Source: Octopus sinensis
Lineage: Eukaryota
NCBI RefSeq assembly: GCF_006345805.1
Contig: NC_043008.1
Span: 56,110,001 to 56,174,000 of the forward strand
Direction of reading: 5' to 3'
DNA length: 64,000 bases
The notes beneath the pieces were generated by a model, which saw only the letters and a list, made by a program, of their open reading frames with translations, was not told where the DNA came from and searched no databases. The position numbers and the translations under genes were made by a program. Below, in pieces: positions 51,256 through 63,192 of the stretch. Within the stretch, counting starts at the first letter, position 1; every line of letters begins with the position of its first letter.

Positions 51256-52017
51256 GAATTTTTAAAGTTTAGGTTTTTTAAAAGTTTAAGTTTTTTAAAA
51301 GAGCTTTTCTCACAACAACTGTGTGATCTTGGTAATAAATATAGATTGCCCAACCTTGTGATTATGTAGCAAAAATATTTGTATATATTTGATTGCATTC
51401 CCATTTTGAATATGTATCGGCCAGATGAGGAGGATGATGAACTAATCTGTTTTCTCTCCCTCCTTGAACTTTGATATTTGCTCTGCATATTGAGCCCTTC
51501 TGTGTTATTTCATGGAAAGCACTACACTCTTTTATTATTTAATGTGTGTGTATGTATGTATGTATGTATGTAGTAGTTGTCTGTCAATCTATATACATAT
51601 ATATGTGTGTGTGAATCTACATATAACACACATACGTATATATGTATATATATATATAATATATATATATATATATACATACACATATATATATATATAT
51701 ACATACACATATATATATAAGTTCAAGGTGGGGAGAGAAAACAGATAGGTTTATAATCCTCCTAGTCCAGCCAATAAATATTCAAATTGGGAACAATCAA
51801 ATATATACATGTATATTTTTATTATATAATCCCAAGATTTGGTGATCACAATACATATATATATACAGAAAATTACATCAGATAAAATATATTAAATTAA
51901 AATCACGAACAGGTGAGATGCTGGAAAGATGTTAGAATAGAGTAAGGCGATTTAAAACTGTCTTTGAATGAAGAGAAAATAAAGCAGTCAAAGAAGGAAG
52001 TGAAAATATAAGGGAGA

Positions 52018-52100
52018 TATCTTACGATCGTTTCAGGGAATATACAAAGCAAAAACTTTTTCTTTCAACTTTGGTAGCCACATTTCCTTCATCAGAGATA
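52018..52100 (-). ncRNA. Minimal type I hammerhead ribozyme, array copy 3
   Basis: Identical to copy 1; predicted cleavage between 52023 and 52022. Confidence 0.85.
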
Positions 52101-52728
52101 GAATTTTTAAAGTTTAGGTTTTTTAAAAGTTTAAGTTTTTTAAAAGAGCTTTTCTCACAACAACTGTGTGATCTTGGTAATAAATATAGATTGCCCAACC
52201 TTGTGATTATGTAGCAAAAATATTTGTATATATTTGATTGCATTCCCATTTTGAATATGTATCGGCCAGATGAGGAGGATGATGAACTAATCTGTTTTCT
52301 CTCCCTCCTTGAACTTTGATATTTGCTCTGCATATTGAGCCCTTCTGTGTTATTTCATGGAAAGCACTACACTCTTTTATTATTTAATGTGTGTGTATGT
52401 ATGTATGTATGTATGTAGTAGTTGTCTGTCAATCTATATACATATATATGTGTGTGTGAATCTACATATAACACACATACGTATATATGTATATATATAT
52501 ATATATATATATGTATGTAGTGTAATATCTCTACATCACTGAAATATATCTGTGTCATTTTTACCAAATTTCTTCCTTTTCTGTTTTTTTTTTGTTTGCT
52601 ATTCTATTTTCCATTTATTTTATTATTTCATAAACAATATCCTTCCTGGGATAACAGAACGCTGTTGTTAATTATAATAACTGCCGCTAATTAACAATGT
52701 TATTCACAATATAAATTATTCGCCTGGC

Positions 52729-53180
52729 ATAATAGAGGGAATGTAGATTTTTCTGGGAAACGATAATTTATGTCTAATTAAGAATTTCACCTGTCTGCCA
52801 TCTGATTGTAGCTAAATTTCAGTTGAAATTTTGTGAATTTCCTGTTACCTGTTCTATGTAGTGTTAAGGCGAAAGGTCCTGGCAAATTGTGACCTGTGGC
52901 ACGTTGTGAATAACACACTCAATAAAAAATTATCTCAAATTGTTGGCCTGGTGTAATAATAGAGGGAATGTAGATTTTCCTGGGAGACAATAATTTGTTT
53001 CTAAGTAAGAATTTCACTTGTCTGCCATCTTCTGATGTAGCTAAATTTTAGTTCAAATCTTGTGAATTTCCTGTTGTCTCTTCTATTTAGTGTTGAGTTA
53101 AGGCACAAGGTCCATTGTAGCTATTGGTAAACAGTAACCTGTGGCACTTTGTGAATAACACACTCAGTGAAAAATTATTT
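52729..53180. repeat. Diverged direct tandem duplication, period ~227 bp
   Basis: ataatagagggaatgtagattt...gtgaataacacactca begins at 52729 and again at 52956. Confidence 0.85.
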
Positions 53181-53439
53181 TGAATTTCCTTTAGTAATGT
53201 GACTCACCTGATGACAAGCCAGTTTTCATTTGACCCACTTCTCAACAAAGGTTGCTCGTGTCTGGTCTAGTCTGGTCTGGTGGCTAAGATGTTGGGCACC
53301 CAATTGTAGGGACGTGTGTTCAAATTCTTGATTGTGTGTCATGTTGCCCCAATCCATTCATCTGAAATTGAGTGCAAGTGGAAAATAGGAGTTGCACCTC
53401 TGATAGGGTAACATCTTGTTCAGCGAGGAGTTTTGTATT

Positions 53440-53648
53440 GTTGTTGCTGTTGTTGTTAAGCAACAAGACGGGTAAGGGTGATTAGGTGATGGTCTAGGGC
53501 TTAGGGGCGGGAGACTCCAGACCTTGGGGGGGGGGACTTTGGTTGTCTTGTTGTAGTCGAGGGCTCTTCGTTGACGCCCGGCACCACTGGGAGGTGGTCC
53601 TCGAAGTCGCTGGAAATGGAGATCTCCAGGTCCAAATTCTTGAACAGC
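53440..53648 (-). mobile_element. Second copy of the ~210-bp (AAC)n-tailed retroposon, with 14-bp TSD
   Basis: TSD aggagttttgtatt at 53426-53439 and 53649-53662. Confidence 0.8.
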
Positions 53649-54295
53649 AGGAGTTTTGTATTTTGGCCTATTGGTAAGAATGTTGAGTTCATGGTTGTTA
53701 GATCAAGGGTTCAAGTTTTTGCACCAGGCAGCTCATGACCCCAATGCACTTAACTAAAAATGGGTGTTAATGGTAGCCAGAGGTGGGGGTTCGCCTTGCA
53801 AATAAGTCCCATTCTTGTATTCTCAGTTCCTTAAACACCTTAATAGTCTAGCTATATCCTGACCTCATGAGCCTACATGCTCATGGCAGATTTGTACTTA
53901 GTATTAAGAAGGGCATCCAGCTGTAGAAACCATGCCACAGCAGACAGTTAGGGTCTGGATAGGTCCCAGCTGGTCAGCTCCATGTAAAAGTGTCTAACCC
54001 ATGCCAGCATGGAAAACAGACGTTAAATGATGATGATGATGATAATGGTGATGTTGAGTGTTGGATGTTATGGAAAGAGACAGAGTGGGGTAGGGGGCAG
54101 CCACTCCTGAAATAGTATCAATGACCATATTCTGTTGTCCGAATCAGCAGAAGCCATTCTATTCTATTGCATCCTTGTAAGCGTGGGCGGCAGTGGTCAT
54201 GAAATATCAAAAGTAAACACATACACATCATGATAACAAAATACCAAGAATAGAATTCAGTGAAGATGATTGATTGCTTTGTGTGATGCGGTGGG

Positions 54296-54342
54296 TGGGG
54301 CGGGGGTTAGAATCTGTGCAGTGTTATCGTTGCTATGGTAAC
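54296..54342. promoter_or_regulatory. Putative GC box plus RFX X-box
   Basis: GGGGCGGGGG at ~54297-54306. GTTGCTATGGTAAC at 54329-54342 fits the X-box consensus GTTRCYATRGYAAC. Motif match only. Confidence 0.35.
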
Positions 54343-54503
54343 CGGTACTTTTCTATTTTTGGATTAATAACTTTCATCAACTTATTGGTTTGCAATGTTT
54401 GACTCTCGAGGTATAAATATCACTTCGTCTCATTCTTCCTCTCGAATGAATTTGTATCTACAGGCTTTACTTTACCATTTAAACTCTTTATCTGCAAAAT
54501 TAA

Positions 54504-54726
54504 CTGTCATGTTCTGTTGTATCTGGGGAGAGTCATTTTTTTTTTTTGTGCCTTTTAATGTAACACACTCACCGGTAAAATTTCCACTTATTTCTTATTT
54601 TTATTTTCCTAAAATTTTCGTTGCGTCTTTTAGGAAAATAAAAATAAGAAATAAGTGGAAATTTCACCGGTGAGTGTGTTACATTATAAGGCACAAAAAG
54701 AAAATAACTCTCCCCAGACATGACAG
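54504..54726. repeat. Near-perfect ~220-bp foldback palindrome
   Basis: Arms 54522-54614 and 54628-54718 with a 13-nt loop; about 4 mismatches plus a T-run length difference. Confidence 0.92.
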
Positions 54727-55516
54727 AATATGCTTCAACACACGAACTCATATAAAGAATCTTGCAAACCAAATTCAAAAACCAAATATAATTAACTTAC
54801 ATAGTTATTTCAGTAATATCATTAGATATCTACTTAAAAATGGAATTGGTAAATTATGCAAGTTGTATTGATGTATCTCAACAAAACTGGTTCCAAACAT
54901 GGCCTACCCCAACATAATGTAGACTGGTATATAAGACTGCTTTCCACAGTTAAAAAAAGGAAATGGAATTTTGAGAAAATATATCTGATTCCTGCAGTAA
55001 AAGGGTTCATATCAACACGATTGAGACAATCTACATTTGAGCACCCACGCTGAAATTAGAAGCTTTATTCACATTTCATGAGATTGTTGACAACATGAGA
55101 GTTCTGCTTAATTAATTAATTTTTTTTTTTTATGAGAATTAATTAGAGAACAGTTTAGTGGTCAGATGATTTATTTCCCTTTACATTCTGAGTTAAAAAA
55201 CCTTGTCAGGGGTGAGATATCCGTATTATATATGTAGCAGTTAAGTATTGGTGATGGTGGCAAGGAGGGGACAGTAATCTACGCCCTTGTCTGTGAACCC
55301 TTCCCCTCCCACCAAAAAGGGTGTGGCCTTATGCCTATATTAGAAATCAATATTATGCATAATCACTCATATCCTAATGGTTTAAATGCGATGTAGCTTA
55401 TTTTCAAAGTTTTAAGACATAATACTGCAGCTGGTCTTTTCATTACTGTTTATCACCGTGTATGTATGTGTGTATGTGTTTATTTACACACACACACACA
55501 CACGTATGTATGTATG

Positions 55517-55585
<69 letters not shown>

Positions 55586-55603
55586 ATGCATACATACATA
55601 CAT

Positions 55604-55636
<33 letters not shown>

Positions 55637-55676
55637 ACACACACACATATATATATATATATATAATTCTAAATTG

Positions 55677-55724
<48 letters not shown>

Positions 55725-55938
55725 ATATATAATGTGTGTGTGTATATCACGTGACCGACCAGGCTATCAGATGTTGCTACACATCGCTGGTCACAATGCG
55801 CTTCGCATTGTTTTAGCCTTCAAATGACGCTACCCTGCTGGCTAAGCGAACAGGCCAATATATATATATATGTTCAATTTAGAATTTCATTCCTTGAAAT
55901 CTAACATTATTATTATTATTATTATTATTATTAAATTT

Positions 55939-55972
<34 letters not shown>

Positions 55973-56202
55973 GACAGTTTCTGGTACACCTTCATGTTTC
56001 TGATGTGTGTGCCTCATTGTATTCTTCTTTTAGTGGAGATTAGAGGAGTATAGACTCCTCCTGTTTGCGTGCTTCATCTATTATTTTTATTATCATTATC
56101 ATCATCATCATTATTATTATTATCATTATTATTCTTATTATCATTACTATCATTATTGTTGTTGTTGTTGTCGTTATCTTCTTGACTCAAAAATTATTTC
56201 GG

Positions 56203-56245
<43 letters not shown>

Positions 56246-56497
56246 TATTATATATAAAAATATAACTGTTGTGTTTTCCGTTCTTGTTTTCTATCTTCCA
56301 GATCAAACGATCAGTAAGATTTTTCCTTTTTCGTCTTCTTCCCCACCATCGTATTTTTTTTTTACTTTCCTTACATTTTAGACTCCGCTTTGTTTGAATT
56401 GATTGTTTTGGATGAAGATTTCCTTTGTAGTGTAGTTTCTAAATTGTTTTTTTATTAAATCAAAAACTTTAATACAATTTCATTAATATTATTATTA

Positions 56498-56571
<74 letters not shown>

Positions 56572-56848
56572 TTCTGCTTTTGTGCTGATTTGAAAAAAAA
56601 AAACAAACAAAAAAAAAACACACATCTTTGCATGATGCAAAAGGCACAGGTTTTTTTCTTTTTAAGTGAATTTGCTTACCAGATTTCATAATTGCTAGCT
56701 TTTTATAAATTGTGATATATGGCATACCGCAAATTACTTTTGGGTATATAAACCCTTTTGGGAAGACAAAGACAGCTATGTCCATTGTCCATCCTCTGCT
56801 GAGAGATAACAGAATACACACACACACACACACATATATGTATATATG

Positions 56849-56895
<47 letters not shown>

Positions 56896-56918
56896 GTATG
56901 TATGTCTGTGTGTGTTGT

Positions 56919-56968
<50 letters not shown>

Positions 56969-57809
56969 TAGATTCAATTCATGTATGCCTTATCCAATAA
57001 AATATATTATATTTTATTGTATACCAGTTTCTTTTCAAAAAAATATTTTATATCTTTTACTGATTGTGATAATGTCAATATTTCTCGAGAAAGAAAAAAA
57101 AAAGCATTTATAGAATTATTGGAGAAGCTAGAACTAACTTTGAGAAATTTGAACTTCTTCAATGAGAAATTTCTTTCTTTTACAAAAAAAAATAATGAAC
57201 AAAAGTTGTCTCATATTTTTACCTCAAAACGAAATATAGACGCTCTTTCATATTACCACAACCTTGTTGCCTGATGCACATTTTTATTGACTAATAATTT
57301 CTTTTTCAATAATAATAATATTGGTACTATTCCCTCTGTTTTTTTCTCTTTTTTAACTTTCTTTCAATAATTAATGCCTGTGTAGTTTTCTCTTTACGCT
57401 TGTTGTGAGTGTTTTGGATTTTTCACTTATCTTTAGTTTCATTCTTGCTTTACCAAATGCATTCTGAAGATTTCAGAAACTTCCTTTTACTTCTTCTTTA
57501 TATTTCCATTCATAACATCTTTAGAACTGTTTCTTCTTTTTCCTACTCCCTTTTTAGAATTTCCTATTTACGTTAGATTTTAGTTTTCTAAATAACATAC
57601 ACAAAGGTAGATCCCGCTTAAAGACCATCTAACTCTGACAGTTCCACAAAACTTAAATTTTAATCTAAAATGTATGTGCAAATACATAGCTGTGTGGCTT
57701 TAATGAGTGCACTGTTGGACTAAAGGTTTTACATTATCTTATCAAACTAACTACCCATCATCAAACTGTCTGTCTATTCTCAAAATACATGTTTATTTTT
57801 AAAATGTTT

Positions 57810-58310
57810 GTCCATTGTCAAAATATTCTGCATGGTGTCAAACTGTTTGTCCCTTGTCCAATTCTTCAGTGTCTGACTATTTATTATTATATTATCTGTG
57901 TCATGTCAAATTATATGTCCAGTGTCAATTATTTGTGTCATGTCAAATTATATGTACAGTGTCAATTTTCTGTTGTCAGACTACTTATCTTTTGTCAAAT
58001 TATCTGTCTCTTGTCAAATTATATGTCCATTGTCAATGTATTACCTATCTATTTGTCTATTGATGTTTGTCAATTTATGTCTGTTGTCAAATCATCTGTC
58101 CATTATCATCGTATCTGTCTCTTGTCAGATTATATGTCCATTGTTAAGCTGTCATTAAACTAACTGTCCACTGTCAAGCTGTTGTCAAACTATCTATCTG
58201 TTATCAGTCCATTTGTTCTTTGTCAAATCATCTGCTCATTCACATACTATTCATCAATTGTCAAGCCACCTGTCCCCTTTCTGACAATCTGTTGTCAAAC
58301 TATCAGCTAC
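57810..58310. repeat. Degenerate ~20-25-bp tandem repeat built on a TGTCAA core
   Basis: About 20 same-strand TGTCA motifs in 500 bp. Confidence 0.75.
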
Positions 58311-61300
58311 TCGTCAGGCCAGCTATGCATTATCAAATTTGTTACATTATGAAACCATCTACTTTTGGACAACACAAAATAATAAATCAGAAATAAATTA
58401 CTAAGAGAAAATAATGCCAAAAACAATACATTTGGTGATGCCTTTATAGAATATAAAAATCTTAGAATTTCTGTTTTGAGTAGTAAAGAATTATTGGCTT
58501 ACTGTAATATATTGTTATTATACAAAACAGAACATTTATATTTGATTCTATTAATAATAAAATTTGAAACTAAATTAGTTCTTTAAAAACTATATTCAGC
58601 TAAAAATAGTTGTAGTGTTTTGGGAAAATAATTATTTTTCATTTTCATTTTTGATTTCTTTTTCCCTTCGGATCATAAATTTGATTTCATTAAATTTACT
58701 AAATTAATTTCTCTTTGCAAACGTTTTAATTATTAAATATAATATTGAGATAATTACACAATGTTAAGTATGATCCATCTCGTAAAGATTATCAGATCTA
58801 ACCCTTTAGCATTCAAATTACTCTATCAAATGTTATGTTTATCTAATCACATTATTTTCAATTAATCATGCATTATCTTGTAGCTTTGAGAATTCGATGA
58901 TGTCATTGTAGGTTATGAGTGAGAAGCTGTTCCTGGTCTGCTTGACATAAGACAGGGAGAATATTTAAGCCAGATACGATTGGTTTAAATGCTAGAGAGT
59001 TAATTGCTTAGTTAATTAAGTATATGAAAGTATATAATAGGCGTAGGAGTGGCTGTGTGGTAAGTAGCTTGTTTACCAACCACGTGGTTCCGGGTTCAGT
59101 CCCACTGCGTGGCACTTTGGGCGAGTGTCTTCTACTATAGCCTCGGGTCGACCAAAGCTTTGTGAGTGGATTTGGTAGATGGAAACTGAAAGAAGCCTGT
59201 CATATATATGTATATATATATATATATGTTTGTTTTTTGTCACTCCAACATCGCTTGACAACCGATGCTGGTGTGTTTACGTCCCCGTAACTTAGCGGTT
59301 CGGCAAAAGAGCTCGATAGAATAAGTACTAGGCTTACAAAGAATAAGTCCTGGGGTCGATTTGGTCGACTAAAGGCGGTGCTCCAGCATGGCCACAGTCA
59401 AGTGACTGAAACAAATAAAAGTGTAAAAGTGTATAATTTATGTATGTCTAAGTCATATTTATATACTGAAATACATTGCCAAAGTTTCCGTTGAGTAACA
59501 ATTGGCTGCATGTTTGTATTGTTTTTGAGGTGTGTTGGGTTATAGGTACAACCCATCATGAACTGGTCACTCGGCTGGCTATAAACTACTATGAAACCAA
59601 AAATGAATGAAGAATTAAAAGACATTAGTTATCATGAATTCATCTTCCCGTGCAAATATCTATCTGTCTATCTGTCTCTCTGTGTTTCTTTCAGCTTCAA
59701 CTAGAATGGCAAATGATAGATCTGTACCTTTCTGCTCTTGCCTTGCTTCCATACCATTCTTGATCTGATTGAAACTGTTTCTTTGGTGCTCTTAGAGAAT
59801 TTTCTAACCAAATTTCTTTTCTTCTCTTCATGATCTTTCAGCAAAAAAACCTCAAACTCTTACTTAAGACTCTGTCTGTCTGTCTGTCTCTGTCTCTCTG
59901 CCTGTCTCTCCCTCTCCTTTGTCCCCCTTCCCTCTCTCTACCACTCTCCCTCCTACCTTTCTATCTCTCCTTTTTCCCCTCCCTCTCTCTCTCCCCATCT
60001 TCTCTCTCTGTCTCTTCTCTCCCTCATTCTCATCTGGTTTTCATGTAGCATACTAACATGGCTCATGCAAACACTTCTCTTCTCCTATACTGCTGGCTAG
60101 ATTTTAGCTTGTTCTATTTGACTTTGATCTTCCAAATATTTCCTTGTGCTCTATGCATTTTCAGTTGGCCATGTATGTAAACTTAACAGTTATGTGATGT
60201 TATCTTTAATATTTCATCGGATATTCCTACTCCGCTAACACCACCGCTTCATTTACACTATAAGAAGCATCCACATATATTAGCATATAGAACTCCTCAA
60301 TTTATCCCCTATCATGTGAACAACACACACATGCATAAATATATACATATATATCTATACATTCATATATGTATACATACATATATCCATACATACCTCA
60401 CCACTCACACACATATACATGATGCTTGTCTCCTGTCCAAGAAAACAGTTCTGTAATGTTTTGTTGAACAAACTGCACAAATGATATGTTTCTAGTGCCC
60501 AAATGTTTTTTGCAGTATATTAGCTCCCTCCCTTCATCAAATCACCTGGACAGGTGTATGGTGTAGCACTTGTCAGGTGTCAAAGTGATCATAGAGCAAC
60601 ATGAGAGGTGACATGTTTTACTCAAGAACACAATGCACCACCTGGTCCGGGAATTGAAACCACAATCTTGTGATTACGACAGGATTTTGATCTCACTCAG
60701 TACTGCACTATAACAGAGTCAAATGGTGGAAAACTATTTGACTGCTGTTGTGATAAAGCAGTAGAATAGTGAATGTCAAATTTGAAGACTGTAGTAGAGG
60801 TAATCTGCTGGTGAGTCAAGGTTACACTCTAGTTTTGATCCCTTGTGGTAGCTGCTTAACTTCATTGACCTCACTGATTGCCTTATTCCTTTGGTGGTGA
60901 ACCAACAAGAAATGCCAAATCACACCCTGCGAGGAAAAGTAAGGACACATGAGATAGTGTAAACTTAGACACAGCCTGAATGAGAATAAAAGAAACAAAG
61001 AAACAGGAATGTAAGAATGTTTGTAGATGAAAACCTTTTGTAATAGCTCAGCTCAGTCTGTGTTGATCTGTGGTTCAGACAACAGACAGCAGTAACAACA
61101 ACTCTTTAAAGCAGATGTCTCTTCATATTTCTGCTACAGAGTTGAAGGAAGCATATTTATTTGGTAACTTTACTACTGCTGATGGCATGAAAAAAAAGCA
61201 CCCAGTCCGTATACGTTGTAAAGTAGTTGGCAACAGGAAGGACATCCAGCCACAGAAACCCTGCCAAAGCTGACATTAGTGCTTTATGCAACCCTACAGT

Positions 61301-62629
61301 TCACTGGATCCTATTATACTTATTTCTTTATTACCCACAAGGGGCTAAACATAGAGGGGACAAACAAGGACAGACATAGGTATTAAGTTGATTACATCGA
61401 CCCCAGTACATAGCTGGTACTTATTTAATTGACCCCGAAAGGATGAAAGGCAAAGTCGACCTTGGCGGAATTTGAACTCAGAACATAAAGGCAGACGAAA
61501 TACCGCTAAGCATTTCGCCTGGCGTGCTAACGTTTCTGCCAGCTTGCCACCTATTATACTGTCAGTCTCATGCCAGCATAGAAAAAGAAAATAAAATGAT
61601 GATGATGATGACCACAAGGTTGTTGTTATTTCAAATGCTGCTAAAATGTCTGATTCTCCTGAAACATAGAAGAATATTTATTCTTAAAGAGATCAATCCT
61701 TACTGTGTACCTTCTAGCCTACCCCACGAATTAACAGGTTTGTAGACGAGCTCTATCATCTTATAAAGGTTCAGAAAGGAATGGATGGTGTACAACTCTA
61801 GTTGCCTTGTTTCCTGAGACTAACAAATGTCTCGTATTTATATGAGAAGTATTCAGTATTCTAGATTTATGTTGTAGCTGTCTTTAAGGCTCACTGTTTC
61901 ACTAGGATTGAGTGAAGTGAAATCTGGTGTCAGAAATGGAATCATGACATGAAACTCACCACAGGGGAATGGCTTATGTTGTTGTTGCTCTTGATTTGCT
62001 AGAGATAAAAAGAATGAAATGACCATCTGTTGCAGATGGTTATTTCACTCTACTACATACTCAGGTCTCGCTACTGGCTATCAAAAAAAAAAAAAATGGC
62101 TATAAAGAATGGCTAAAAAGAATGGCCGACCAATACCTTGTGAGTGGATTTGGTAGATGGAAACTGAAAGAAGCCTGTCATATATATGTATATATATGTA
62201 TGTGTGTGTTTGTGTGTCTGTGTTTGTCTCCCTAGCATCGCTTGACAACCGATGCTGGTGTGTTTACGTCCCCATTACTTAGCGGTTCGGCAAAAGAGAC
62301 TGATAGAATAAGTACTGGGCTTACAAAGAATAAGTCCCGGGGTCAATTTGCTCGACTAAAGGCGGTGCTCCAGCATGGCCGCAGTCAAATGACTGAAACA
62401 AGTAAAAGAAAGAAAGAAAGATATTGAATAATGTAATCTTCATAGATATAGAATAAGGTAAGAAAATGATAGGATGGCCATGGTTGTAATGCATTTTGTG
62501 TGTCTGTTCAGTTTAGACCATGCACGTGCAGTCTTTTCTAAGATGCAGGCTATGTGAGATATGGCTCATCATCAGACAGGCTGCATACTAAAAGATTTTA
62601 GGTAACTTTTTGTTAGGTGTGCCATTCAG

Positions 62630-62677
62630 AAAGTCCCTCAGGTCCGTGGCCCGTGGGCCGCAATTTGCCCACGACTG
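62630..62677. mobile_element. hAT/Charlie-like terminal fragment
   Basis: Reverse complement cagtcgtgggcaaattgcggcccacgggcc resembles Charlie-type ends. Partner end not found. Confidence 0.4.
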
Positions 62678-63137
62678 ATTTAGACTAAGCTGGGGCTGAG
62701 CAACTACTACTACAACAACCCGCATTTATTTATTCTTGAGAGAAGGGTAGGGGTCCAATATTTGTTGGGTAAACTACCAAACTTAGATTTTAGTAACCCC
62801 CACCACCACCACCACCGCCATCAGTGACACCCAAACTTCCACTGAACATACCCCACCCTTGACACACATCACTGTAACTCCCCTCCCCCCATATACACAC
62901 ATCAGGATTTTGTGTGGATGGGTACTCAATCCGAAAAATTTACTCCTATTCTTTTCAACACAATTTTTCTTTAACATACAATGCATGTTAATTAATCATA
63001 TTTTTTATTATCGCTAATTATGATTTAATTTGGTGATGATTTTCTCATGTATTTTCGCTTAGTTTTTTTGTTTTTTGGTACTTTGTGAATTGTAGCGATT
63101 AGTAATATCATTATGATTTGCATTCTTCTTCTTCTTC

Positions 63138-63192
<55 letters not shown>

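Larger units (their letters stand above)
49999..52505 (-). mobile_element. Head-to-tail array of three ~850-bp hammerhead-bearing units (retrozyme or Penelope pLTR-like)
   Basis: Units start at ~50000, ~50875 and ~51720 and are identical apart from (TA)n length and a 1-nt indel. Each carries a hammerhead and ~130-bp inverted arms. Confidence 0.8.
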
